This document shows positions 39,225-53,280 of a DNA stretch of 64,000 nucleotides, one piece after another. The notes beneath the pieces are model-generated. The model searched no databases. It saw nothing but the letters and a program-made list of their open reading frames with translations, and was not told the DNA's origin. Every line of letters starts with the position of its first letter. Position 1 is the first letter of the stretch. This stretch comes from Octopus sinensis (taxonomy: Eukaryota), in NCBI RefSeq assembly GCF_006345805.1, contig NC_042998.1, forward strand, positions 47,244,001 to 47,308,000, read 5' to 3'. The position numbers and the translations under genes are program-made.

Positions 39225-39935
39225 AAGGGGTTCCAGCAAATTTGACGATATTTTATTTCTCGTTTTTCAGGAACGGTTTGATGTATCAGTGAACTATCAA
39301 GAGCGTTCGAAAGTATAATGATTAACGTTGTTGAGAGAACGTCAGGTAACATGGAGCACAAGAAACCATGTGGATATTGGAAAAAAGTTATCTGTACCAA
39401 GATGATTTACACCGGGTATCAAAACGCCAACATCATGAGCACGGCTCAATGCTCTGTGAACGCTGTAAACGCTTGTAATAATATGGACATTATGAAAACC
39501 AAGTATCCCCACACTGTTTTGGTTTTTAGAAGCTTCACCTGTGAGGGTGACGTCATCCTGCCCCACCTTTTTGGACAGAGCCATAGACTCACAGTGGTTA
39601 TATGAAAACGCAGGAGACTGTGGTCGAACCTTGGCTGGAGAGGGTTGCAGCTGGTAGACATATGTGTGACAGTAAGATTCGGTCCCTTGCCATACCTCGA
39701 GAAAGAGTCAAATGTGTTTGTAGAGAGTTTCTACAAATTTACCAGCCCTAATTGTAATTCCAAGGATTACTATGTGTGGGCCGCGACTCAGAAAAACATT
39801 CAACCGCTCTGAAGCTGGTGACCAAAATCAAAGCGTTCGAAGATCTTCTCAAAGGCAGAGAGAGGCTCCAATTTTCGGAGCTATCTTGATGCGTGGTGGA
39901 AGCTGAGGGCGGCTACGTTGAGTAAACTATTATCT
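39225..39935 (+). pseudogene. Degenerate Tc1/mariner-superfamily transposase, maT (DD37D)-like
   Basis: MKTKYPHTVLVF..EGDVILPHLF; TVVEPWLERVAAGR; DSVPCHTSRKSQ; SPNCNSKDYYVW (decayed SPDLNPLDYYVW). Confidence 0.7.
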
Positions 39936-40106
39936 TTTAGCCATGATCTAGTTCATGCTATTTAGATTTTTAAAATATTTTTTATTTTTCGATGGGATAT
40001 TGTGATTTCGTTTCATGTGCAGTTTAGGAGTACCTTAGAACGCATTATGTTCGTATATAGAGACTCCACCGTGTACAGATAGAAAGACAGTGGCAGACAG
40101 ACAGAC

Positions 40107-40161
<55 letters not shown>

Positions 40162-41059
40162 GAGATAGAGAAAGAGACAGAGTGACAGACAGACAGACAC
40201 AGAGACAGAGAGAAAGAGAGAGGGGTAAATATGTGTGGGAGATATGTGTGTGTGTCTGAGCGCGCGGTTGTATCTGTATGTATAAATGAATAAAGAAATG
40301 GAAAACCCAAAGCTTCATAATTGATGGGGGCGATATAATAAATTTCATCGATTTTGATACTAGACCGGTACTTTTTACTATCAACATTAGAAGATAAAAA
40401 AAATCATCTTGGACAGGATTTGAACTCAGAACTATAAGAGAGATAAATAAATACGGGAAGGTTAAGTCTACCGCACTGTAAAAATAGTGAGTTTGAGAGG
40501 GGCCGTCTGATTTAGTCATTCTTATCCCGCGTTTTTTTATTTATTTTTAAAACAACAACAACAACAACAAAACTGGATTGAAAGAATGACAAGTGGAAGA
40601 AGACAAATGTAAAACAATAACAAAATTCACCAAAATCTTATGACTAAGCTTCGTCTAATATTTCCTAACATTGTTCCTGGGACTTGTAGATAAGACATTT
40701 TAGCAAGACGGGTGGTGTAAGGGATGGCAGTGTTAGTGTCATGCTGGAACGATGTGATGTTGCAGTTGGAACTGGTAAAGGTGGTGGTGGTGGTGGTGCT
40801 GGGGTGTTGTCATGGCCGTATCATTTAGAAGGATTTAATGATTAGATAAACGTAGACAGATTTGTCTAGCGACGGCAGTTTATTATAGGATTCTAGACTC
40901 CAACTGGTATATTGTAAAAGTTGGCATATTTGTTTTAGATACAACTGAAATCTAAGGCAGCCATGTTATATCTCAGATCCAATAAGCATTTGTATATACG
41001 CTAGTGTATTTCATATATGAGTGGATATATATATATATATACGTTTGTATACATATATA

Positions 41060-41150
41060 TTACGTGTGTATATATATTCATGTATGACTAAAATTGCATG
41101 CTCCTTGTAGACTGAATATATATGCATATTTTAGATATATATATTCTTAA

Positions 41151-41193
<43 letters not shown>

Positions 41194-41280
41194 GTGTGTA
41201 TAATAGTCATGTATGACTAAAATTGCATGCTCCTTGTAGACGAATATTATGCATATTTTAGATATATATATTCTTAAAAT

Positions 41281-41320
<40 letters not shown>

Positions 41321-41567
41321 CGTGTGTATATATATTCATGTATGACTAAAATGCATGCTCCTTGTAGACTGAATATATATGCATATTTTAGATATATATA
41401 TTCTTAAATATATATATATATATATATATCTTATATATATATATATATATACGTGTGTATATATCTTCATGTATGACTAAAATTGCATGCTCCTTCTAGA
41501 CTGAATATATTATGCATATTTTAGATATAGTATTCTTAAATATATATATATATATATATATAAATAT

Positions 41568-41598
<31 letters not shown>

Positions 41599-41968
41599 TA
41601 TACGTGTGTATATATATTCCTGTATGACTAAAATTGCATGCTCCTTGTAGACTGAATATATTATGCATATTTTAGATATATATTCTTAAATTATATAGGA
41701 TATATATTATAATATATTATATATATATATATTATATATATATATATACGTGTGTATATATAATTCATGTAATGAACTAAAATTGCATGCTCCTGTAGAC
41801 TGAAATAATTATGCATATTTTAGATATATATATTCATAAAATATATATAATATGATATATATATATCTATATATTATATATATACGGTGTTATATATATT
41901 TGATGGTATGACTAAATTGCATGCTCCTTCTAGACGAATATATTATCATATTTTAGATATATATATCT

Positions 41969-42013
<45 letters not shown>

Positions 42014-42376
42014 TTATATATATATAATATATATATATAATATATAGACGTGTTTATAATATATTCATGTATGACTAAAATTGCATGCTCCTTGTAGACT
42101 GAAATATTATGCATATGTTAGATATATATATTCTTAAATATTATATATATATATACATATATATATAGTGTGTATATATATTCATGTATGACTAAAATTG
42201 CACGCTCCTTGTAGGACTGAATATATTATGCATATTTTAGATATATATATTCTTAATATATATATATATATATTATATATATTATGACTGTGTTATATAT
42301 ATTCATGTATGACTAGAATTGCATGCTCCTTGTAACTGAATATATTATGCATATTTAGATATATAGATTCTTAAAT

Positions 42377-42412
<36 letters not shown>

Positions 42413-42804
42413 TATACGTGTGTATATATATCATGTATGACTAAAATTGCATGCTCCTTGTAGACTGAATATATTATGCATATTTTAATATATATATTCT
42501 TAAATATATATATATATATATATTATATATATGTATATATAGTATATATATATATAATATATATATAATACGTGTGTATATATATTCAGTATGACTAAAA
42601 TTGCATGCTCCTTGTAGACTGAATATTATGCATTTTAGATATATTATTCTTATATATTATATATATATATAATATATATAATACTGTTTATATATATTCA
42701 TGTATCTAAAATTCCATGCTCCTTTAGACTGAATATATTATGCATATTTTAGATATATATATTCTTAAATATATATATATATAATATATATATATAATAT
42801 ATAT

Positions 42805-42842
<38 letters not shown>

Positions 42843-43334
42843 CGTGTGTATATATATTCATGTATGACTAAATTGCATGCTCCTTGTAGACTGAATATAT
42901 TATGCATATTTTAGATAATATATTCTTAAATATATATATATATAATATATATATATACGTGTGTATATATATTCATGTATGACTAACATTGCATGCTCCT
43001 TGTAGACTGAATATATTATGCATATTTTAGATATTATATTCTTAAATATATATATATTTTTATATATATATATATATATATAATATATATATATACGTGT
43101 GTATATATATTCATGTATGACTAAAATTGCATGCTCCTTGTAGACTGAATATATATGCATATTTTAGATATATATATTCTTAAATATATATATAGATATC
43201 TATATATTATATATAGATATATATATATATATATATATCTATATATATACGTGTGTATATATATTCATGTATGACTAAAATTGCATGCTCCTTGTAGACT
43301 GAATATATTATGCATATTTTAATATATATATTCT

Positions 43335-43373
<39 letters not shown>

Positions 43374-43480
43374 GTGTGTATATATATTCATGTATGACTA
43401 AAATTGCATGCTCCTTATAGACTGAATATATTATGCATATTTTAGATATATATATTCTTAAATATATATATATATATATA
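41060..43480. repeat. Compound tandem array: 18 units of a roughly 90-bp core separated by variable (AT)n
   Basis: Core tacgtgtgtatatatattcatgtatgactaaaattgcatgctccttgtagactgaatatattatgcatattttagatatatatattcttaaa; 18 gctcc anchors counted. Confidence 0.95.
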
Positions 43481-43824
43481 TACACACACATCCTCTTACC
43501 TATATGTACAAATATTAAAAAAATATATGTACACACAAGTTTCAATATAAATATGCATGCATATAGCCACTTATAGTATGTGTATACATACTTAACATAT
43601 CTAGGTATCTCTCTCTCTCTTCCTCTGCATATATACATACATACATATATATACATACATATACATATACATATATATATATGAATTTTAGTCAGTCAGT
43701 TGATAAGCTCCACTACCTCAAATGTTCCTAAAATTTAAATCTACATCTTTGTCTATATATCTACCTTCTCTATAGTGTTACCACTTGATATGAAAATTAT
43801 GTATTAACGGAAAACCTCTATTAA

Positions 43825-43908
43825 TGGCTGATGAGTGTTCAGCATTTTAAAACTGTTGTAATACTTACAACATTTAATAAAATTCTGTAGTGCGAAACAA
43901 TCGTACCA
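43825..43908 (+). ncRNA. Type I hammerhead ribozyme with extended stem II (predicted)
   Basis: tgg-CTGATGA-G[tgttcagcatttta..tgttgtaa-tac-ttacaaca..taaaattctgtagtg]C-GAAAC-aatc-GTA^-cca. Canonical core and G10.1-C11.1 pair. Confidence 0.7.
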
Positions 43909-45232
43909 AATTACCGTAGTTATTCTTGCTGCTTATTTTGATTATAATCACCCCATGGATTTATATGGATAACACCATACAGAATTCTGGTGCATCCAAC
44001 TTAAGTACCATATTCATTTGAATCTAAATTTTGCTGAACTTATATATATATATATATATATATGTATATAAGTTATGTTCGGTTCTCAAGTGTAAGCTCA
44101 TGTGGAACCCAAACTCCCTCTTTGCCTGATTTCCCATTTGCTAGAGATATTTGAACAGGACACATTAAATTAGACTTTTAAACCACAGCTGACATGTACG
44201 AGTTTTCATTGCATCCGGATACACTTCACAAATGTTTTTCGTTGCTTCCGTAGCGGTACTTTTCTTTCGAAACTCATACAGTTAGCCATGGTGAATATGT
44301 TGCTTCTTAAAGTTTTTATCCTCCATGAGAGTAATAACTATGAATGACACACTGCTGGGTAGGAGAGACGACACGCTATTTCTAGACAGTTCCCGACCAT
44401 TCCACATTGGCTCTGATGTGATCGGTTGATCCATATTTCATAGTACTGATAAAAAGCAATTCTTTTTCGAATACGCTAATATATATAGAATGTTAAGACA
44501 GTGAAGAGACAGCATCGTAGAGTTTCAATTACAACGTTTACTAATCGGTACAACTGAAGCTCATTTTGGTTATAAAGGCAGTATTAACAGTAATGCTAAT
44601 GCTACTTCGATGTAATCCTTATTTTTATATTATCAATATGTGTGTGTGCGTGCGTGTGTGCGTATGTATGCATGTATATGTGTGTTTATATGTAAAAGAA
44701 TGTTTGTATGTATGTATGTATGTATATGTATGTATGCATGCGTATATGTACGTATATGTATGTATCATGTGAAGCCGTGAATCCCAGCACATTGTTTTCT
44801 CTCTCCGGTTTCTCTTTCTCTCACCATTCGTTTCCTTTCAACCCATTCACTCGAAGGGCATAGGCTCGAAAGGCCAAATACTTTTGCATTCTTCCCTAGC
44901 GTCAAACTAATACACCTGATTGTTGTTCCTTCACCTGTCTTTTGTTTTCAGTACATTTGAACTATATATATATATATATATATATATAGGCGCATGCTTG
45001 TATATGTATATATATATATGTATATGTATGTATGTATTTGATCCTTACCACCGCTTGACAACCGATGTTGGTGTGTTTACATCCCCGTAACCTAGTGGAT
45101 CGGCAAAGGACACCGATAGAATAGGTATAACGCTTGCAAAAAATAAGTCCTGGGTTTGATTTGTTCGGCTAAATGCGGTGCTCCAGCATGGCTGCACCCA
45201 AATGACTGAAACAAGTAAAAGAATAAAAGAAC

Positions 45233-45272
<40 letters not shown>

Positions 45273-45987
45273 CTGAGTATGTGGCAATATCATATTGGTT
45301 ATATGATTAAGTAGCAGTTATAGGAATTATTGCAAAGTTACTTTCACGTTCTATATACATTATATCCTGTTCACTTCCGTAATTCCCCTATATAAGTTCT
45401 AAGTAAAAGCTTCCTAGAGAGGAAATAAGAATTGGGTTAACGTATACGTAACATTTTTAAGTGATGATATCAACAGAGATTAAAATAAGGATATCCTTGT
45501 TATGTGATCAGAGTTTAGAAATTGTAGTTTACTGTTTTCAAATATCAATCAACTTCTACGAAAAATTTAGGCAAAAATCCCGCCAGAAAACTCTGCCGGT
45601 TAAACCAATAGGTTTGTCAAAAAGTACTTCATTTTAATTGGTTGAGTGACGTACGCACTGAGAGACATTATGAAATATCATACACACACACACACTGACA
45701 TACTCACACACTCATATACACATACATACAAACATATACATATGTAGATACATGTATGTATGTATATATATATATAAATATATATATAATTAAAATTAGA
45801 TAAACTATGATAAACTTAGATATGTTTCGACTAAAGATTGGTCCAGGCCATGTCTAACTTAATAGCATAACTTAGTTATTGTCTTTTTAAATTGATATTC
45901 GCTAGTTATTCCCATTGATAATTATATTTATAGTATTTATAGTATTTATTCGATACTATATAACTACGAATTGATTATTTCTATAAG

Positions 45988-46174
45988 TATTTTACATAAG
46001 ATTTCCGAAAGTTCGTTTAAGTTTTTTTGTTTGTATTTTTGAAATTAGCTATTTCATCTTTAAATATGAAAAATTAATTTATTTTACATAAGATTTCCGA
46101 AAGTTCGTTTAAGTTTTTTTTGTTTGTATTTTTGAAATTAGCTATTTCATCTTTAAATATGAAAAATTAATTTA
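45988..46174. repeat. Tandem duplication, 2 x about 92 bp
   Basis: tattttacataagatttccgaaagttcg...atgaaaaattaattt occurs twice in a row. Confidence 0.9.
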
Positions 46175-46530
46175 TTAGGTTTTTATCATATGTGCATATA
46201 TATTTATTTATAGAGATTATTTTAGATCTTAATTATAATATTTATATACATTTATATATTTTCATTGATAATTTTTATATATAATAGTCATTTTAAAAAA
46301 TATTTATGTAATTAGATATAGACTATTACCGATATTAGATTATTGGTGGGTTTCCTACCTTTTAAATTAAAATTAATATTTAACATTATAATCGATTTTG
46401 ATATAATCATAATTGTTAAGTTTTATGTTTCTAGTTTGATAATAGTGTTTATTTAAGTAAAATTATTATATTGTTTATATCTTTAAAATATTGTTTAAAT
46501 ATTTCTGATTATTTTAAAAATATTTCAATT

Positions 46531-46625
46531 AACCTGAAGATTGACTGTAACCATAACTCGAATTATTAATTGAATTTAAATTATCGTTATTCGAATTGGT
46601 ACAGCCATGAAACGACCGTAGTGTT
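46531..46625 (+). ncRNA. Type I hammerhead ribozyme fold with extended stem II (predicted)
   Basis: aac-CTGAAGA-t-tgactgt-a-acca...tggt-acagcca-t-GAAAC-gacc-GTA^-gtgtt. Core intact; stem I weak. Confidence 0.6.
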
Positions 46626-46929
46626 TTACTCTTTATCTTTTATTAAACTTTTAATACTTTTGATATATATTTAAAAAAATAAAAAAATTAAAAAATTAAT
46701 TAATTAATAAAATAATATATAAATATAAAAATATACATACATACATATATATATATATATTTGTATATATATATAAAATTTATAAGTTTAAATTATTTAA
46801 ATAATTTTTTATTTTTAACTTTTATATTTGTAGATTAATTTTATGTATTGGCTTATGTTTTTCACTGTTTGATTTGCCTAACAGTGGTTTTATCTCTAAT
46901 TTAATATAATATATATTGCAAAAATAGAG

Positions 46930-47498
46930 AACGACACAAAAGATACCACTGGACACAATAATTATCATACACAATCTCCTAATACCATCCTCAACTCCTT
47001 AACAAATACTAATTTTAACGCCAGCAATAATAACGAACCCAACACCGGTTCCTCACTAAATAGCAATCACCTCACAAGTTCAGCCGGAACACCCCCTACA
47101 AAACTATGCACTTGTAGACGCCCAAACTCTTGTCCTTTAGATAACCACTGTCTCACAAATAAACATTGTTTATAAGTGTACAGTATCAACTGCCAACTGC
47201 AACTACATATATATCGACTCGTAGCACTACCTTCAAAGCTAGCGTGAGCAACCACTACTGCAGTTTCAAGTGCCAAACAAAACCCAACAGTACATCTCAG
47301 CTTATCAATAAACTAAAGATTGATTCAACTCATTGCCCTCTTGAATGGTCCATAGTCACCCAAGTCAAGCCATACAGGAAGTGTGATCTCTGCATAGCCG
47401 AAGTCTTAGCTATTTTGCAATCCACGAATTGTCTTAATGAACGCAGCATTATAATTTTTACCTGCAAACATCAATCAATAAATATATTTGCAAAATAG
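46930..47498 (+). pseudogene. Penelope-like element 3' fragment: Cys-rich linker plus GIY-YIG endonuclease (frameshifted)
   Basis: KLCTCRRPNSCPLDNHCLT / NIVYKCTV..NYIYIDS / TTFKASVSNHYCSF...LEWSIV...KCDLCIAEVLAIL..CLNERS...CKH follows the PLE GIY-YIG pattern (CxC..CPL..CL, VIY, YIG, FKxR..NH..SF, CxLC..E, LN.R, CRH). Confidence 0.85.
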
Positions 47499-48046
47499 AA
47501 AGAATAATACACCCACCCTATTTTACCCTCCAGCCTTCATAAATTTTGCCTCTTATCTACCTTCACTACCACTATATATTAAACCAACATTTTGTCTTCC
47601 CTTTAATTCCTTATTGTCATTTACAAACTGCTCTCTGTATTTTTACTAACCATTCATATTGTTTTAGTATTTCACTTGCCCCCTCCTCCCCCCCCTTTCG
47701 TAAACTTACAAGTGCATACTCCAGCATACAGCTCTACTACTTCGGACTGACAAACACGCTCATCGCACACTAAATATATTCATCAATTGAAAACCAGTGG
47801 TAGTCGCTACATTTCTTCCTCATTCTCTTTTGCATCAGTTGATGCTTATCCAAGACACTATACAGGAAGGTAAAGAACGTACAATTATGATAGAGCAGAG
47901 AACTTCATATGTGATGCAATTAACGCGTAAGACTTCTGTTAGTGTAGCTTGTTAGGTCTCTGCCGAGGTGACTATATAACATTGCACATTGCATGAACAC
48001 AAACTCTTGTTTGACTTACATGAGTGTTGCTCATTTATATATATAT

Positions 48047-48111
<65 letters not shown>

Positions 48112-49395
48112 CAAGACACATGTCATGTACGTAGGGGAAAGGGCTTTTAGTAACAAACAATTTCGACATATGATTTATATAAGTGATTACGAATGACAGC
48201 AACAAGAACAGGCCTAGCCACTGGACTTGAATAACGTAACTGATATAAGTCGGGCTATGGTGCTATTAATTCTATCAAACAGAACTTGTATTCTGCATCG
48301 GCCTCAATAGCGCTTTATAAAAGGTTTCTTGGTAAAAACAGAACGACCTTACTACCTGTCATAGTTGGCTTATAACTAATTTCGGAATCTCCAGCATAAA
48401 ATAGGACCTACAAATTTATCTATAACTCTTGACAGGTGGTGAGATAAAACTGCTAATTTATACTACTTAGCATTTAATATAACACTAATTTGGTAAACGC
48501 AAAGAATATCTTTTCTTTGATGTAATCTGTGTATGCGTATGTATGCGTGCATGTGTCTCTGTTTTAAAATCTTGCTGTGAGTTCTTTTACATCTAAATCT
48601 ACGAGATAATTTCCTGTAAATTAAATAACGTTATTAATCCCACTCACGACTACTTTCTACCACTATTTCTTGTTGTATGGCTTTAATAAAAACGATGTGT
48701 TTATTAGCAGTGACGCATATTGGAATTTAATTAACTTTATTATATTCTCCTGCTAACAGAAGTCTATTTGTGGCGGTTTATGAAAAGCCAGCTGCGCTAC
48801 TTGAAATGATATGTGAGGTGCTTTTACTAGAAATAATCTACAGTGGTGGTCGTAGTCTCTAAGGAACTCTTCACCTTTAGGCTTCCCTGGATACGAGCCA
48901 CTAGCATATTGTTGTCATGTGTCCAAATACACGGCATTCCTTCCTTTCAACTATTAAGCAATCTGACATTTTCATTATAAAGCAACTGAAACAATATTCA
49001 AAACATTATAATTTAATGTTACACCAAAGCTAATCGCACCTCTCTTTCACCTCCGTTAAAAGCAGTTACAGTGACTCGTCTCCAATGTAGCTTCTGTTGA
49101 TGAAAATTGTGAAACAATACTCTGTTATATGTAATATCTATATTATGTATTTCTAATATTTTTATGAAGCCTTGTTCCGTTTCTTGTTAAAGTTTTATTG
49201 ATGAATTATTTTGTTAAAACTGAATTTCCAATAAATTATAGCTTGAGTATCAGCACTCTGTAATTGCTATTACTGAATCATTAGTTTAAGCACTGATTTT
49301 ATACTGTTAAACAATGATTTAATAGGAAATACAACATACGAGGGAGTGCATACATATATTCATACATACGAACGAACATGCTAACGTAAATACAG

Positions 49396-49464
<69 letters not shown>

Positions 49465-49483
49465 CATATACGTGTGTAAGTTT

Positions 49484-49531
<48 letters not shown>

Positions 49532-49555
49532 AGAAACACTTGATATATATTGCTT

Positions 49556-49758
49556 TCACATTTTGGTACAAGGCCAGCAATTACAGGGGAGGATGAAAGT
49601 CGATCATATCGAACACAGTGCTCACCTGGCATTATCGACCCCAAAAGGATGAATGGCAAAGTCAACCACGGAAAAGTTTGAACTCAGAGCGTAAAGACGG
49701 ACGAAATGCGGCTAAGCATTTTAACCGGCGTGCTAACGATTCTTTCAGCTCGCCGTCT
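49556..49758 (-). mobile_element. SINE family 2 (Nin-core) copy
   Basis: Homologous to 29198-29350. Further diverged copies at about 17760-17890, 26900-27060, 40320-40440, 52300-52510, 56815-56925 and 62905-63120. Confidence 0.75.
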
Positions 49759-51219
49759 TCACACCGATGATATATATTAATGATACAAGCAAAAATCAAA
49801 AATTTCAATAAACGAGCAATTATGTTGGATATGATAATAATTATTCGTTGCAAATACTACTTCTGTGGCTAACAGCTAATTCATTTGTAACCCGTCGGAT
49901 TTTGCGACATCACTGGCTGTTTAGTCATTATTATATTATATCGGATCGATTGATTTTCATTCTAGCATTCGGTGCAAGGCTGAAATGCTGATGATTATCG
50001 ACAGAAAACAGTGAAATCACATGAAATGATTGTATCATCCAAAGGTGCAGACGATTTTGTCATCCTACATAGTGATTAATGAGCCCATGTTGCTAACACG
50101 AGATGATATCTCTGGATGTTAACAGCAACTTAAAGGTGATTTTGTCAACACAATCACTTGTGTTAATTATACTAATTATGTTATTATTCAATGAAAAGAC
50201 GTACTAGATAAATATTTCAAGCAGATTCTTTATTGAAATCTAGAATTATGACGAAGTTTCTTCCCCTAAATTATTTTAAAGTGCGAAATAATTTTATGAC
50301 ATTTTTATGATATCCGTTGTTTGAATTAAAAATAGATGTGCATCTAAGTTTTAGAGATTCGGGTTGCAATATATATTTCTGTATTTCCGCTTTGGTAAAT
50401 ATATGTCAAGACGCAGCTTTGTTTGCTAGCATTGCGATGTCCTTTGGGAAGAGCTCATTGAAGAAGGGAAGAAAATGGTCTTAGAAAAAAGAGCAATAAA
50501 AAAAGAGAGAACTGAAAAATAAGTGCTGTAACATATGAATGATATAAGATGTGAAATAATGAAATATTTCAAGTAGTAGGGGATGGTGTAAAAGAGAAAA
50601 GATTTAAGGAATGAAAGAAATCTCGTATATTTTGGGGTCTGTTTCACATTGCTATAAGCATAAGTCTATATTATGAATAATGGTAGCATATCATATACAC
50701 CCAGACACACGCACGCACAATCACACAAGCACACACACATACATACACACGCATATAAACATATTCACTCTCATACATATACAAACACACTCACACATAT
50801 GCAAACGCACTCAAACTAATGATATAATAATATAGCGAGAAAAATGGTGAGAATGTTATCACTGAAATATGTATGTGCGTGTGTGTCTTTATATAAATTA
50901 TTTCTTGAAAAGCTGTCATTTTGTCATTTTGTTCTTAATTCAAACCTGTCATAAACGAGTTGTTCTTGAGCGCAAATATTGATGTGTAGAATACATTTTC
51001 TCTCTAGCTGTAAACTGAAAAATAACTCCTACAATTCAAATCTTTCAGGATGTTTTATTTGAAGTTCTAAATATTTAGTTTTAAAATATCATGTTTTAAG
51101 AGTTTATTTATGCAAAGAATAAATAGAGCCAAATTTACATTCATAAGAATCTATAAAAAAATTATCGCCTCAAAGGACAGAGCACTTCACCTGAAATTGA
51201 GGTTAGTAAACTGTTATAC

Positions 51220-51630
51220 TAATCATTCTCTATGGAGCAGAAACTTGGACAGTGTACAGCGTAAATGACTTTGAGATGTGGATCTGTTATAGACTGGGCA
51301 AAGTAAGCTTGAAAGACAGAGGTACAAACGATGTTGTATTAGGAAAGCTGAAAATTCCAAAATACCTTCTGTCGAAAATCAAGTCCAAAACACTATCATA
51401 TTTTGGATATAAGAGGCACCGCCACTAATCATAACCCAGCAGGATCCCGGCAGAAGGTGTGGAGAGGAAGAGAGAAAAAGACCTTCAGAAGACGTTTGAA
51501 GACGTTTGTGGAGTGATGACATCGGAAACAAGAGTGTGGCTAGTCTGGTTGCACGCTTACAGCACAGTACAGAGGGAACTAAAGAGCTTGGCAAACCGAC
51601 CACTGAACACACGGCTGATGGCTGACATTA
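51220..51630 (+). mobile_element. RTE-clade LINE 3' fragment
   Basis: ILYGAETWT..FEMWICYRLGKVS..DRGTNDVVL...KTLSYFGY...WSDDI matches the RTE ORF C-terminus. Confidence 0.75.
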
Positions 51631-52034
51631 GGTAAAACGTTATTACCAAGATTAAGATAATCTTCATTGTAAATGTTTAATTTCCACTAATTTTCCATGT
51701 GTGTGTCACAATGCTTCAAATTTCGCTTCAAAATTAAAACTTAATCTAAATATTCCCACACATTCAACTAGATAAACACCTCTCTATTGTATTTTCAATT
51801 AAATCGATTGATTTCGCTTTAGAAATAGAAGGAATTATATAATTTATCCACCATCTGACTAGCGGTAAGATCATGAATTCTACTACCATAACTATTTGTT
51901 TCATTTTGCCTTCAGGCTTACACAAAATTCCTCAAAGTGTCTGTCTGTCAGTCATTCTCCATCATGTTCGTACTACATAATATGTGTTTGTGTGTGCGTA
52001 TGTGTGTGCGTACATATGTATGTATATGTGTATG

Positions 52035-52800
52035 AAGACCCCCGTCCTTCGGTCGCGGATGACCATGAGATTGCACCTTGAATGTTCTCTTCCAAGTCAC
52101 AAGTCCGGGTAAGATTCTTTGTGGAAGATCAGCAGTCTCTCATGCATACCAGTCTCCCCTCTCCACGCCACTAATGTTGTCCGGGGGAAACACATAGACC
52201 GATACAGCTTGATACCATTAAAGTCAGAAGTCATTTCTACAGCTGAGTGGACTGCAGTAACGTGAAATAAAGTGTTTATTATATATAAAAGACAGTGCTA
52301 AGGCGGCGAGCCGGCAGAATTGTCAGCACGCCAGGCAAAATACTTAGCGGCATTTCGTCCATCCCAAAGGTCTGAGTTCAAACTCCGGCGAAGTCAACTT
52401 TACCTTTCATCCTTTCGGGGTCAATAAAATACGTACCAGTTGAGCACTGGGGTCAATCTAATGACCTATTTCTCCCCTGAATTTGCTGGCCATGTGACAA
52501 AACTCGAAAGCAAAATGCAATACATTGTACCTAGAAAATTCCCCTCCAAATTATAAGTCTGGGCAAGGTTGCTTATGGAAGAACATCACGTCGCCCATGC
52601 ATACCAGCTTCCCCTCTCTACACTGCCAATGTTATCCAAGGCAAAGGCAAAGGCTGATGCAGCTTGGTACCAGTGATGTCGCAACTCATTTTTTCAGCTG
52701 AGTGAACTGGAGCAACGTGAAATAAAGTCTTCGGGTATCGAAATTGCTACCTCATGATCGTGAGCCCGACGCTCTAACCACTGAGCTTTGCGCCTTCACA
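52035..52800 (-). mobile_element. Two copies of SINE family 4 (52035-52280 and 52528-52800) flanking a Nin-core SINE (52300-52510)
   Basis: The block aagtc.ggg.aag.tt..tt.tggaaga..catgcataccag..tcccctct..ac..cagctgagtg.actg..g.aacgtgaaataaagt occurs twice. A tRNA-like head (gtggttagagcgtcgggctcacgatc) lies on the minus strand at about 52755-52795. Confidence 0.7.
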
Positions 52801-53280
52801 TGTATGTATGTACATACGTACGTATATATGTGCTTATTATGTATGTGTGTATGTATGTATGTATGTATGTATGTATGTATGCATGCATGCATGTATGTAT
52901 GTATGTATGTACGTATGTATGTATGTATGTATGTATGTATGTATGTATGTATGTATGTATGTATGTATGTGTGTATGTACGTCTTTGTATTTGTGTTCGT
53001 TCCCATTTTTCTTTGACAACCAGTGTTGGTATTTTTTCGTTCTCGTAAATTAGCTGTCTGGCAAAAGGGTTCAATAAAATGGGTACCTGGAATATGTACC
53101 GGTGTCGATTTGCTCGATTAAATTCTTCAAGGCGGTGCCCCAGCATTGCCACAGTCCAGTGACTGAAACAAATACGATAAAAGATTAATAGGAACATAAA
53201 AGCAAATTTTGTTCTTACACTTTTTTCTTACATTTGTGTTTTTTTCATTTCTTACGTTTTCAAGGAAATAAATTACATGT

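Noticed and set aside
41060-43480. CRISPR-like repeat-spacer array
   Set aside because: Repeats are about 90 bp, spacers are only (AT)n, there are no cas genes, and the context is eukaryotic.
45817-45862. Minus-strand ttaga...gac/gtc-GAAAC-ata-tctaa hammerhead-like frame
   Set aside because: The stems fit, but the segment where CUGANGA should be (catggcct) does not match.
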